Positions 1 through 24,739 of a DNA stretch of 64,000 nucleotides are shown here, piece by piece; within the stretch, counting starts at the first letter, position 1, and every line of letters begins with the position of its first letter. The notes beneath the pieces are model-generated. The model made no database searches and was not told the origin of the DNA. It saw nothing but the letters and a program-made list of their open reading frames with translations. The position numbers and the translations under genes were made by a program. Source of the stretch: the human T2T-CHM13v2.0 reference genome, Homo sapiens; assembly GCF_009914755.1 (NCBI RefSeq), contig NC_060947.1; one strand, written 5' to 3'.

Positions 1-159
1 GAGCCTTTAAAGGTATTAATTTGGTCTTGATTACAGCGTCCAAAAATGAAACATCCCATAATGATAAGAGGGACTGATACATGTGGAATTATTTGAAATC
101 AATTCTTTTTACTATGTTGGAGCAGAACCAGACCTCACCAAAGTAGCACCTTGTAAAGG

Positions 160-520
160 CAATATGGTATGATGGAGCTGGATTTGACCTCCAGCTCCCC
201 ACTCACTATTAATGCTCCCTTGGAAAAGTCTAACTTTGCTCAGCCTCAGTTTCTTCATCTGTAACCTAGCGTACTGATCCCTCATGGAGAAAGTGTTCAA
301 ATTGTAGCCTATATTGATAGGCAGAAGGCAAAGTGGTGGTACGGAAGAGATGGTAGAGCAGTATGGTGTACTGGTTAGATATAGATTCCAGAGCCAGTCT
401 ACCTAGGTTTGAAGCCTGCCTCATTATCCATAAAATGGGTTGTTATAAGAATTAAATGAGTTAAAGTATGGAAAGCAATGAGAACACTGCCTGACATATA
501 AAAAGCACTCCATAGTTGCT
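160..520. mobile_element. MIR fragments
   Basis: cctcagtttcttcatctgtaa and aaaatggg...attaaatgag core motifs. Confidence 0.65.
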
Positions 521-1409
521 TGCTATAATAATGATGATGATGATGAGCCCTAAGAAAATATAAGCAGAGGACCTAAACTCAATGGTACTTTCTTTTGCTA
601 TTGAAAAGGGGAGCAGAAACTATAGATCAGAGACCATTATTATACAAACTTTGTAAGATTATGAAACTTTTGTCACTACCTTATGTCCGTCGGTTTTACC
701 CTGTTTTCTCCAGAGTTTAGCAAATTTTAAATGAGCCTGTGTGCTTGGCTTCAATAGTAGCAAGAAACTGGGAAGGTGCAGAGTTTGTGTCTCATTCTGC
801 AGCTAGGCTTGGGGAGTAATTACCAAAGAAGAAAACAGGTGGTATCCCCATGGCCATAAGGAAGAAAGAACACTGGGGGTGGCCCTAGGCCTGGAAAGGG
901 GCCTGGGGACTCAATGATGGAAAGGTTTATGTAGTTCCCTGTTCTCCCTACTTCCATCACAGGGCTGTGGTGAGCATCAAATGAGCTGGTATGTATAACA
1001 GTGATTTTTAGGCCAGTAAGTATCATGGAGACATCACTAGAATAGCAATGAGTACTTTCATGTTACATCTGCTACTTTGGAAATCTGCCCTCAAAAGTGT
1101 ATATGTGAGACTTATTCAGCTCAGAAACAATATTCAACTCTTGCCTTTTCTTGAAGACCGATTAAGCTCTGCCTCTTCCAGGAAGTCTTCTCTGACCACC
1201 TCAGTCATCATACCACACTGTCTTCCAATTTTTATAGCATGACATAGCATGAGTTCCTCATCTTCTTACCTCTCTCATAGCCTGTGAAACCTCCCATTGT
1301 TATTTACCCTTTTCTGAGCAAGTCCTATCTTATCCAGATTGCTCCTTAAGGCAGAGCACAAAGCTCTCTATGCACAGTAGATGTTCAATAAACATTTGTC
1401 ATGTGATGG

Positions 1410-1871
1410 TGTGGTAGGCAGAATAATAGCCCCCTAAAGATGTCCACATCCTAAGCCTGTGAATACGTTACCTTGCATGGCAAAGGGGAATGAAGGTGGA
1501 ATTAAGGTTGCTAATCAGCTGACCCCAAAGCAGGGAGATTATTATGGATTCTATGGGTGGCCTAATGTAATCACAAGGATCCTTAAAAATGGAAGAGGGA
1601 CACAGAAGTCAGAGTGATGAGATATGAGAACATGACCCACTCTTACTGACTTTGAAGATAGAGAAAGGAAGCCAGGAGCCAAGGAATGTGGGCTGGAACT
1701 TCTCCCCCAGAGCCTCCAGAAAGGAATGCAGCCCTGTCAGCACCTTGATTTTAACCCAGTGAGACCCAATGCAGAATTATGACAACCAGAACCATAAGAT
1801 AATAAGTGTGTGTTGCTTTAAGCCACCAAGTTTATAGTAATTTGTTATAGCAGCAATAGGAAAGTAATACA
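1410..1871 (+). mobile_element. MaLR MLT1-type solo LTR
   Basis: TG...CA termini, MLT1 motifs (gtgtgttgctttaagccaccaagttt...ttatagcagcaatagg), 5-bp TSD gatgg. Confidence 0.85.
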
Positions 1872-1947
1872 GATGGTAAAGAAAAGACTTTCCTGCAACC
1901 ATATTTACTGGCTCTGAACTGACTACTCTGCCTGGGAAAGAAGATAA

Positions 1948-2344
<397 letters not shown>

Positions 2345-4008
2345 CTATTTCGGTTGCAAGTAAAGCAGTGTGTAAATGATTGGCCTTTTAAATAAGGAAA
2401 TGCAACTGCTTTAAAAAAAAATCCTTTTCCTTTGTTGTATTAGGAGCACTTAACACATTCTTAGCGGAAGGGACCTCTCCCAGAACAGAATGCAAATATT
2501 TGCCCTCCCTTCCGGAGAGTACAAGATGAGACAATTTGAATTGTGAAGACTGAGCCCTCTTTGCAGTTAAGAAAAATATTTTCATGGTTAAGACTTTGGA
2601 CGCTGCTTTGAAGCTCTTAACCATGGGTCATCAAGGTCTCTCAGTAAAAAAAAAAAAAAAAGAAAAAAGAAAATAAAAAGATAAATTGGTTGCTTCCCTT
2701 ACTTTGGAATTTCAACCACTTTGGACATAACCATGAAATAACTGGTCGTTTAACAGTTTCATGGTTCCATTTCTAAAATAAGACAATGTTGCTTTTAATG
2801 GGACCAGAGCAGATGAGAGGCAGAGCAGAGTGTAAGCAGGTCAGATTGGCAGTTATCTAAGTAGGTTGTATGGATTTTTTTTTCTGAGAAATTAGAAATT
2901 CTATTCCTCCTCTCCAAACCACTAAAAAATAGCCTTTCCATTAGTGTGTTATAAGGCAGAAAAATTTTACCATTTGGAATTTTTCCTTTGAGAAAAGCTT
3001 TGTTCCTGAAAGCTATAGTTAAATTCCATTGTTACCTTGTGGTGGTGGAGGGATGAGTGGACTTGGTCTTCTGTCCAAGGGAGAAAGAGAAATAACTCAT
3101 CAACCCACGATCACCTGTTGCTCATTATATTTTCACTGAGAGTAGGGTCCAGAGAGAAACACACCTAAGAGAGGTAAACTTGAAGGTGAGGTAAAAACAG
3201 AAAGATTTGTAGCAGGGGCATCTGACAAGAATTAATAGTTAGAATGGGATACTGCAGCAGTGGACTTTGAAAAACAGGAGTGCATTGGGCATTTGGAGGT
3301 GGGCTGAAGCCAAAGTGGGTGCCCAAGTGGGGAAGCTTGGAGATGCATTTGATCCATCCAACAATGCCCTCCCCTGACCTACTGAATCAGAATTTTCATT
3401 TTAGTAGGACCACCAGGTGGTTCATACCCATATTAAATTTGAGATGCTTTGTCCTAAGGTGTCTGCAACTCACAAGGGCTTAAAAACTACTGACTTAAGC
3501 AGGTTTGGAAAAAGATTAAATAGAAAAAAGTTGGAACCTGATCTCAGAAAATTGTTAAATTAAATTCTTTCTTGTGTTCATTTAAAGATTTGTCTTTTAA
3601 GAAACAGTTTTTAAAAATCAACTTTTCTCTCCTCCTTTGCTTAAATCTTCACAAACCACAAACAAGCTTACTTTCGTTATTGCAGGAAAAACCTGAATTT
3701 ACTTGGATAAACATCAAAGGTTCCTGTTAGAGTCCTCTTTTGATCATTCAGAAGATATGAAAGCAAACAATAATCAAAAAATCCCCAAGAGACTTTGTTT
3801 AGATATCAATTTGTCTTAGTAATTGTCATAAGTCATATAAGAGCTGGGAGGCAGCAGGCAGGAGGTCATTAGGTTCACCACTCAATTTTCAGGCAGGTCA
3901 GAACTCGAAGTGGACAATTCTCTTTTGAAAAACCTCTGAGGAACAAAACAGCCATTGCTCTGACTTAAAGCTCTTACATTCAGAAATCTCAGCTAGAAGT
4001 CAGTTTAG

Positions 4009-4657
<649 letters not shown>

Positions 4658-5089
4658 CTAGTCTTTTCTGAGCCTGTTAATCTAATGGAAGGGATCACCC
4701 TTTTCTGTCTCATAGGTGGTCCAGCCAGGCCCATTAATGTGTGCCTATCGGGCCTGAAAAGAGCTAGCTAGGCTGGAGAGAGAGCAGGTGATGGACAATC
4801 TTTGAGTAAAGATTGACAATGTGTTTCTGTCTTGGAACTAACCTCTCTTCACTCTGATTTTTGCTACCATTAAGTAGTTTCCTGGTAGTACAAGAAGAGA
4901 GAAAAAAGGCAACTGTGGGAGAGAGGAGTATTTTATTGTTTTATAATTGGTCTCTTAGATAGGTGTAGTTTATTTCAAAGGGGGAAAATGAATGTCTTTA
5001 GGAGTTTGAAATAAGCTGTATTTTCTCAGTGGAAACTTGATTCTACTGGATTTTTTAGAGACTCAATTGGAGAACAAAGTGAGTGTTCA

Positions 5090-5333
5090 TTCAATGTTCA
5101 TTCAACATTTATTAAATATTTAATTTTGAACAGGCATTATGTTAGGAGCTAATGATACAGAAGTAAGTAAGACAAACAAGTTTCTTGTCCTCAAGGAACT
5201 TATATTCTGGTGGGAGGGACAGATAAAAACAACTGAAAATAAAAGTATTTCAGGTAGTAATGAGTGCTATGAAGAAAACTGAAACAGGAAAGGGAGTAGG
5301 GAATGATGTGTGTGAGGTAGAGAGGCTATTTTA
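5090..5333 (-). mobile_element. L2 3' region, continuing at ~7346-7500 after the HNRNPA1 insertion
   Basis: ttcattcaacatttatt...gtcctcaaggaacttatattctgg L2 signature. Confidence 0.65.
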
Positions 5334-7331
<1,998 letters not shown>

Positions 7332-7518
7332 GAGAGGCTATTTTAAATAGAGTGATCAGGGAAGTCCTTTTTGAGAAGGTGGCATATGAGATAACATGTG
7401 TATGCTGAGACGGGAACAGCCAGGCTTCTTTAGGGTTCTAGACAGAAAGACTTGCCATGTACAAAGGACCTGAAATGAAAATCAGCTTAGTGTGCTAGAG
7501 GAACAGCAAGAAGGCAAG

Positions 7519-8760
<1,242 letters not shown>

Positions 8761-9060
8761 ACCAGAGTTGCTGGACAGAAGTGAGGGTAGGTGGGGAGAG
8801 GTAAGTTCAGAGAGGTAGATAAAAGTCAGATTACCTAGGGCTTTGCAAATGGACCTAAACTCGTTGTTTTTGGTAGATTTAAGAAGCGTCTGAATATTAG
8901 AGGTAGGCGAGGGCCATAAGTCACCTCTCCTACAACCTCCTTACTAGGTAGAATATTAAAATGAAAGTAATTGTCAGACTGAATTCTATGACACATACAG
9001 TTATTAGCAATCAGGGACCAAAACAGTCACACAGTCTTTCCTTGTAAAGTGGGTCAAGTA

Positions 9061-9139
9061 TAGGTTGGTGCAAAAGTAATTGCGGTTTTTGCCATTAAAA
9101 GCAATGACGAAAACTGCAGTTACTTTTGCACCAACCTAA
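9061..9139. mobile_element. MADE1 (Hsmar1-derived palindromic MITE)
   Basis: taggttggtgcaaaagtaattgcgg...tacttttgcaccaacctaa terminal inverted repeats, flanked by TA. Confidence 0.93.
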
Positions 9140-9894
9140 TACATGCTCTGATCTTTAGGAACTCCAGCAAGTCCTTTACATAAAAAATCCACATGAAATA
9201 GTTGGCCTAATATTATGGTAACAGGATCAACCTATCTTCTGGTTGGAACAGGAAAATCTTCTATTACGTGATACTATTTATTTATTTTATTTATTTATTG
9301 CTGTGTTACAAATTACCCCCAACATGTAGTGGCTGAAAATAACATTTATTATCACTAGGGACATCTGGCAAGCTGGCTCTTTATAGGATCACACAAAGTC
9401 TGAGGCCTAGATGCCATTCCAGAACATGCTGAACTGTTGGGCTGGCTTGCCAGATTTTTATCTTTTATTCATGCAAGCATGTACCTTCATACATGGACAA
9501 AATTTCTAGCCATTGCACATATTTTTAACAGAATTCATTTCACCAATGAAATATTATTTCTTACATCCTTTATACTAATTAATGGACTCTCTGGTACAAG
9601 ATTTCCTCCCCTGAGGTTCTGTGAATAGAATTTAGGGGTGCTCTTTGGACTTTGATGGGAAAAATTAAACCTTTATTTTTATTCATTTCTAATTGAATGT
9701 AGTCAACAAATTACAGTCTTATTATCAGTGTCTGCAACTTTCTCACCAACATATATCAAAAATATTTTCATATCACATTATAGCTGTTGCAAATATCTCA
9801 TAAGATCAGTTATGCTCATCACTATTTAAAAATTGTGATGATTATAGACCTGCTCTAGATCGTGCTATTTGCTAGGTTAATAAAAAAGAACACA

Positions 9895-13080
<3,186 letters not shown>

Positions 13081-13159
13081 GGGTGAAGAAGCACATGTTA
13101 ATGTCATAAATTGCATCTTTAATATTTTGATATCTGCATTTGAATGCATTTATGTTTTT

Positions 13160-13425
13160 TTCAGCCTGTGGTGTAACCATAGCTCATTGCAGCCTCCACT
13201 CCCGGGGCTCAAGCGATGGCAGGGGAGTAATCAGCCTCCCAAGTAGATGGGACCACAGGTGCACAGCAACATGACCAGCTAATTTTTAAATGTTTTGTAG
13301 AGGCAGTGGGGAGGAGTGGGATGGGATGGGGGGCTGGTCTTCCAATGTTCTTCAGACTGGCTCAAACTCCTAGCCTCAAGCAATCCTGCCACCTCAGCCT
13401 CCCAAAGTGCTGTAACTACAGGCTT
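13160..13425 (-). mobile_element. Old (J-like) Alu, degenerate
   Basis: Antisense Alu motifs. Confidence 0.75.
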
Positions 13426-14215
13426 ACACAATTGGTTTTGATTGTAATCCTATGTATTTTATTTTGGGTATTAAAAGCATGACTCTGAAATGGGTTCACC
13501 AGTTGGCCAAAGGGGACCATGGCAAAAATAAAGTATAAGAATTTCTGAGTTAGTGCAAGTTCAGACAGGAAAAAGTGAATATCCTGGGGTATAATTACTT
13601 CTGGGATGTAAACACCTGAGTAGGATCTTTCAAATAATAACTAATCACTCCTGAGTATGTATTCCTGATTAGAATAATTCGGATGTTAACTAACCACCCC
13701 CAGAGTGTGGATTAAAACTAATTAACAATGAATTGTAAAAATTGTTTATCAGTATGAATAAACATTACCGGTTTCTCCTCCACTTCAAAGTATATACTAA
13801 ATCCACCCCTTCTTCCTACCTCCACTGTCCCCAGCCTAGGCTGGTATTTCAAAAGATCATTTCATAGACAGACACAATATTTTGTTAAATAATTAATTCA
13901 TGAATCCAAAATGTCATAGGTTGTAAGACTCATCATTCTTTTCTGCACCCAGAAAGAAAATTTGCTGTTAATTAAATTATGACATATTATTAATGGTAAA
14001 ATTCATCCTAATTTCAGAGGTGATTAAAAGTGAAAAAGATATGCATTTTAGAATAGATGAAATAAGGTATATCACACAGCTGGTACTGAAGCATTTTGAA
14101 GCAAATTATGAACAGTATACATTGCACATATACAGTATAGCATGGTAAGGAGTTTGGATTTGATTTTCTTCACACTTAGGTAAAGTCGACATTTCCGTTC
14201 TGAAGCCTGCTGACC

Positions 14216-14234
14216 TGCCACAAGATGGCGAGAG
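14216..14234 (+). promoter_or_regulatory. Candidate CTCF motif overlapping a YY1 motif
   Basis: tgCCACAAGATGGCGAg fits CCASYAGRKGGCR with one mismatch. AAGATGGCG is the YY1 core. Several CpGs retained locally. Confidence 0.5.
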
Positions 14235-14819
14235 CTCCAAGGAGACACAGGGAGAGGCAGCAAATGGAAGTGAAGGCCAGCACCACAGGTGAAAGATCAA
14301 CAACAAAAACAATGATGGGTCTGTCTTGCGGGGCCTCCATTGGGTCTATTTCAATGTTGGTAATAATGAATAGAAAGCAAGCACTTCAGAGAAGCAGAAA
14401 GATGAACATCTGATGTTCCATTCTGCCTTGTGTATACTGGGGTATACCCTCCAGACACAGGTTCATGGGCGAGATCACTTGGTTAGTGTAGACAGCTGAC
14501 AATGTAGACTCATTAGCAATCAGGCTGTCAGGGCTGTTTAACATGTTTCAGAACCTTCCTCAGCCACAGGCAGCCAGGCAAACTTGAGAAGTGGCTCATA
14601 ACAAGACAAGGCTTGCCACAAAGGGTTGCTCATTCCTGCTAGGCAACCCATTTGTTTTAAGCACAGGGTATGTAATAGGAAAAATAATAGGATGTGAGCT
14701 GTGGTGTATTTCTGTGGGATGAGTGGTGAGGGAGGTGAAGTCTCTCCCAGGCCATAAAACTCAGAGTTACCAATTTGGTCCACACTGGCTCTGTGGAAAG
14801 ATATAAAAAGACCTGGATT

Positions 14820-16620
<1,801 letters not shown>

Positions 16621-17867
16621 ACATCTGGTTTTGGCTCAGGCATGTTACGAGTGGCAGTGCTGTCCTTACACAAAAATTAAAAGCCGAGGTCACTAAAAAT
16701 GGTGGAGTAGATAATTCCAGGGTTCTGTCCTCCATAAAGGTAACTAATAAGCTGTCAAACTGTCAGAAGCAACTTTCACAATACTTTGGAATCTAGTCAA
16801 CAATTTACACTAACCAAGGGAAAGCTTAATGAATAAAGAAGCTGCTACATTGTAATAACTGAAGACTCTGGCATTTAAAATTGCCTGTCTGCTGTCCTCA
16901 CTCACCAGATCAGTGGCACCTATGAAAATGGCAGCCTACATTCTTGGTGCAAGTTGCTTTTGCCAGAGGAAACAATACAGACCTCTTCTCATTGTGGATG
17001 TGTATTTTGATCTGTCTGGTGACTCCCTGAAGGAAGGGTGCAAGGGCTTGCCTTTTTTTTTTTCAACTGACTTGAAATGTTCCAAGGTCTGGGGCAGCTT
17101 ACTGGGAAGATTTGCCAAAAGCATTTCACAGCAGCCTTGGCAAGAGATAGCACTTAGGACAAGCAATAGACAGACTGAAAAGAATGGGAAGGAGGAGGCT
17201 AGGAAAGGAGATACCGAGGGGAATAATGGATTTCAAAAGCTCCCACCTAAACAACAACAACAAAAAAAAAAACAAGAAGGCCATGCACATGCCCAGGGTT
17301 GAACACATGCTCTGTAAAGGTTTGAGAGAACCTTAAGCTTTCATGGGTGGGTGACCATCAGACTCCACATAAGCAGGACATGAAGTCTGAGGCATAGTTG
17401 CAAATGTGTTGGCTAAGCATTGAAGGACTACCCCCCAAAAAAGAGCCAATCTACAAGGCTTGGAAGAGCATTAGTTTCTTTTTCTCTTTTCTTTCTTTCT
17501 TTCTTTATTTTTTGACTCCTGGCATTAAGAAGAAAACTTCATCAAAACACTTGCTGACCACTAAGCTAATGGAACACAGACTTCATGGCCACATGTAGCA
17601 AAGAAATCAGACTTTAACAAGTAGTTTAGAAAAGTCACTAAACAAACAACAATCCACAACAAGCAGAAACAAAAATCCTGCAATAGAGAAGAATCCGAGT
17701 TCCAGAGTTCCAACTTTTAATACTCAAAGTATCCAGTCTTCTACAAAAAAATAATGAAACATGCAAAGAAACAAGAAAGCATGGCCCATATGTATACAAG
17801 AGTAAAGAAATGAATGAAACTGCTCCTGAGGAAACCCAGGTAGTGGAATCACTAGCGAAAGATTTTA

Positions 17868-18212
<345 letters not shown>

Positions 18213-18910
18213 TCAAATGGAAAAGGAAGAAGTAAAATTATTCACAGATGACTTGATCTTATATATGGAAACTTCTAAAGAATCCACAAAAGCAATTCGA
18301 ACTAACAAAGTTACAGGTTGTAACCTGTTGTGCTGTGTAAGATCAGCACAAAAATTCAGTTGTGTTTCTATGCACTAGAAGCAATGTAAAAGTGAAATTA
18401 AGGAAACAATTTCATTTCCAATAGCATAAAAAATAATACATAGGAGTGAATTAAACCAAGGAAGGGCAAGACTTGTACAATGAAAATTATAAAACGTTGT
18501 TGAAAGAAATTAAAGAAGACCTAAATAAATTGAAAAATATCCCATGTTTATGATTGGAAGATTTAATATTAACATGACAATACTACTCAAAGTGATCTAT
18601 AGATTCAATGCAATCCCTATCAAAATCTCAGCCATCATTTTTGCAGAAATGGAAAACATGAATGTAAATTTTAAATGGAATTGCAAAAGACCCCAAATAG
18701 CCAAAATAATCTTGGAAAAGAAAAACAAAACTGAAAGACTTGGCCGGGTGCAGTGGCTCATGCTTGTAATCCCAGCACTTTGGGAGGCACAATCTCAGCT
18801 CACTGCAGCCTCAACCTCCTGTGCTCAAGTGATCCTCCTACCTCAGCCTCTGGTGTAGCTGGAACTACAGGTGTGCACCATTAGTCAGGATAATTTTTTA
18901 TTTTTTGTAG

Positions 18911-19045
<135 letters not shown>

Positions 19046-19166
19046 TAATATTACCTTTCCTCTCCAAGCTACCTGGACTCAAAATCTCAGTTGTCTTTGA
19101 CAATTACTTTTTCTTGTCCTCAAGTAATAAAGAATGATCATATCCATAATTTAATATTTGATATCA

Positions 19167-19361
<195 letters not shown>

Positions 19362-19387
19362 CTATCATATATATAAAAACACCTTAA

Positions 19388-19755
<368 letters not shown>

Positions 19756-20367
19756 CACAATCTCCATTTTTAACGAGCTCCTTAAGTAACTCTGATGTAC
19801 ACCAAAGTTGGTGCCATTGGTTTGTGTGTATGTATCTATCTATATACATATGTGTGTATATATCATGTGTCATAAGTGTAAATAATAAAGAAAGAATAAT
19901 GGGAGAAAAAGCCCCAAATGTAAGCAGTCTATAAGAAATTCACTTTACATTTAAAGAATTAGGTTAAAAATTAAAGAATGAAGATATACCATGCAAACAC
20001 TAAGCAAAATAAAACTGGAGTAGCTATATTAATTTCAGAAAAAAAGTCTTTGAACAAAAGAGGCATTACATAATAATAAAATGGTCAATTCTCCAGGAAG
20101 ACATACCATCCTAAACATGCATGCAACAACAGAGCCTAAAAATCCATGAAAGAAAACTAGTAAAACTGATAGGAGACACAGAAAAATCCACAAGTGAGAG
20201 ATTTCAATACCCTTCTTTCAGTAATTTAAAGATCAGACAGAAAATTAGTAAGATACAGATGACCTTAACAGTACTATCAACCAATTTGACCTAATGGACA
20301 TTTACAAAACACTTCACCCAACAGCAGCAGAATACATTCTGCCTAAGTGCACATGGAACATTCATCA

Positions 20368-20864
<497 letters not shown>

Positions 20865-21375
20865 CTAGAAATTAAAACATATTTTGAACTAAATGAAAAT
20901 TAAAATACATCTTATCAAAATTTGTGGAATGCAGTGAAAGCAGTGCTGAGGGGGAAAATTATGGCATTATATGCATATATTAGAAATGAAAGATATAAAA
21001 TGATACCAACTGCCTATAACCTTTCCCAGAAAGTGGAAAAGAATGAAACAATTCCCAACTTATTTTATGAGGCCAGCATTACCGTAATACCAAGTCCAGA
21101 CAAAACATTACAAGAAAATGACAAATACCTCTCATGAACATAGGTGCAAAAATTCTTAACAAAGTATTAGCAAATTTAATCCAACAATATAAAAAATAAT
21201 AATATATCAAGAACAAGTGGGATTCATCCCAAGAATGAAAGTCTGTTCTATCATTTATAAATCAATTAATGTAATTCATCATATTAACAGACTAAATAGC
21301 AACCATATGATCCTATTAATACATACAGAAAAAAGCTGACAAAATCTAACATCCATGCATGATAAAAATGTTTGA

Positions 21376-21714
<339 letters not shown>

Positions 21715-24700
21715 AAGAACATCTATTTAAAAAAAAAAACAAAAAACCTACAACTAACATCATACTTCATGGTGAGAAACTTGGAGCTTTCTGCTAAGAT
21801 CAGAAACAAGGAAAAAAACAAAAAGACAAATAACAACAAAAAAAGGCAAGAACGTTTCATCTCAGCACTGCATTCCAACATATTGGAAGTCCTAGATAAT
21901 GCAATAAAGCAAGAAAAGGAAATAAACTGTATATGGATTGGGAAGAAAGAAATAAAAGTGTCTTTGTAGTTAACATAATTTTCTATGCAGAAAATCTGAA
22001 ATAATTGACAAAAAACTGCTGGAACTGGAACTAATAAACAATTATAGCAGGGTTGCAGGATACAAAATTAATATACAAAAATTAATTGCTTTCCTATATA
22101 CCAGCAATGAACAAGTAGAATTTGAAATTTATAACAGATCAAGGAGCATGATTGCTGGATTGTATGGTAAGAGTATATTTAGTTTTGTAAGAAACTACCA
22201 AATTGTCTTCCAAACTGACTGTACCATTTTTATTCCCACCTTCAATGAAATGGAGTTCCTGTTGCTCTACAGCATTTGGTATTATCAGTGTTTTGGATTT
22301 TGGACATTCTAACAGGTGTGTAGTAGTATCTTGTTGTTGTTTTAATTTGCAATTCCTTAATGACATATGATGTCAAATATCTTTTCATATGCACATTTAC
22401 ATTAGCACCCCCCAAAATAAAATACTTAAGTATAAATTTAACAAGATAAGTACAAGTTCTATATAAAGAAAACTACAAAACTTTGATGGAAGATATCAAA
22501 TAATAACTAAATAAATGAAGAAATAGTCCATGTTCATGGATAAGAAGAATCAATATTGTCAAGCTGTCAGTTCTTCCCAAATTCTTCTATAGCTTGAATA
22601 CAATCCCAATCAAAATCCCAGCAAATTATTTTGTGGATATCAATAAACTGATTCTAAAGTATTTATGGAGAAGCAAAAGGCCCAGAATAGCCAACTTGGT
22701 ATTGGAAAGGAAGAACAAAGAGGTTGACGCTACCAAATTTCAAGACTTACTATAAAGCTACAGTAATCAAGACTGTGTGGTATTGGTGAAAGGGTAGACA
22801 AATAGATCAATGGGACAGTAGAGATAGCCCAGAAATAGACTCACATAAATAGTCAACTGATGTTTGGTAAAGGAGCAAATGCAATACCATGGAGCAAAGA
22901 TGGTCTTTTCAACAAATAATACTGGAATAACCAGACATACACATGCAGAAACAAACAAACAAACAAACAAAAAACAAAAAAAACACCCAGACCTTACACC
23001 CTTCAAAAAATTAACTCGAAATGGATCAGAGACTTAAATGTAAAACACAAAATGATAAAACTCCTAGAAGATAACATAGGAGAAAATCTAGATGACATTG
23101 GATATGATGATGACCTTTTAGATACAATACCAAAGGTATGATCCATGGAATAATTGATAAGCTGGACTTCATTAAAATTAAAAAGCTTTCAACTTCATTC
23201 TTAATTAAATAAGTTCCTGCTTTCCTGCTCTGGTGCTGAATTCCTGGCTTGGCGCCCTAAGCACATGATTCTTCCATGCCACTCCCAGGGAAGTTCAAGT
23301 TTTCTGACCTGGCTATGCCTGTTTAATCCTACTCTCCTGGCTGGGAGACAAGGAAGCTTGTCCAGCAGGTGTTGATACCTGGGGGTTGAGGCTGGCAGAA
23401 GGAAGGTCTTATGGGTAAGTGAGCCAATCCGATGGAGAAGAGCAAGTTGGAAAATCAAGTGAGGCAGGTAGAAGTTGGTAAACCAGAGAAGCAGAGCCAA
23501 ACGGGTCAGGAAAGGAAGAAGGGCTGGAGCCCAAAGCCAAGAATATAAGCACATGGAGGGCAGGGAACCATATAGAGAAGGCTAAACCATGAGCTGGTTT
23601 GGATAAATATTGGAAACAGACGCCTTTTGCCTGTTTTCTGTGTGATGTATGAATAGATCTGCCCCAATTTAAAGAACCAACAATGAGTATAAAATGCTCA
23701 CTGACTTCAGTCCTACCCAGTCCAGACCATGGGTCCCAACATCTATGGGAGGTAGTATAGTAAAATGGAAAGAATATGAGCTTTGGAATAAGACCAGGGC
23801 TTAAATTCTGGCTCTTTGTCTTAGTAGCTGTGTGACCGTGGGCAAGTTACTCTCAGCTTCAGCTTTTTTATATGAAAAAGAGAGACAGAATCTACCTCAC
23901 AGAGTCATTGTGATGATAAAATGAATCTATATTAATGATCCAAGATGGCCCTTGGTATCTCATAAGCACTCAACAGATGATAGCCCTCTTCCTTCAAAGG
24001 CATCTATCATAACTGGCCTTGTATTTCTATTTAGTTGAATGAAGCATGTCTCTATCTTTAGCCAGATCTTAAACTTGTTGAGGGCACACACTGTGTGTGA
24101 ATCATTTTCATACATATTTACTTTTTAAAGCAATGTATTTTTCTGATTACAAATATCGTGTAAATTTATACAAAATCTAAATGTTGCAAAACACTAAACA
24201 CAGGAGAAATCTCTAGTATTCTCTCCCACCTTCCCAAACAGAACTGCTGAAAAAAGCTTGAAACATTTTCCTCTACCCCCCCATATTGTTGGTTTTGTAT
24301 TTTACAAAAATGGGATCATTGTTAACATATGATTCTCAAAATAAATCTAAAACAAATAAACATAAGTTTCATACAAATAGAGAATTCATATGTATCAAAG
24401 ATTTATTTAACTCATTGAGGAGGAAACCAGTAAGGTGGCAGCCAACTCAAAAGAGGATATGAAAACAGGTATTTTATATATAGTCAGTAAAAACACCAAA
24501 GGAATGCTAAAATAAGATTGCTAAATTAGAATCAAAGCTGGTTAATGTTCTACAGGGCAATAAGAACCAAAATAGTGGTGTCTTTTAAAAAATAATTTAA
24601 TGAACATATAGTTTAAGATATAGTTTCATTTCTACAAAGATGCATTTAAAATTACAATTTTAGAGCCAAGACAGTTCTATTAAATCAATTGTCAATATTA

Positions 24701-24739
24701 ACATAATTGATTGTTTCATCCAATAATGTTATATTCCAG

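Noticed and set aside
13560-13720. Faint repeated ctaa.cac.cc.gagt.tg units
   Set aside because: Only two or three degenerate copies; not a CRISPR or a supportable tandem array
16625-16690. Short segment suspected to be a small-RNA retrocopy
   Set aside because: No match to snRNA/snoRNA/Y RNA sequences I can recall; sits at an L1-L1 junction
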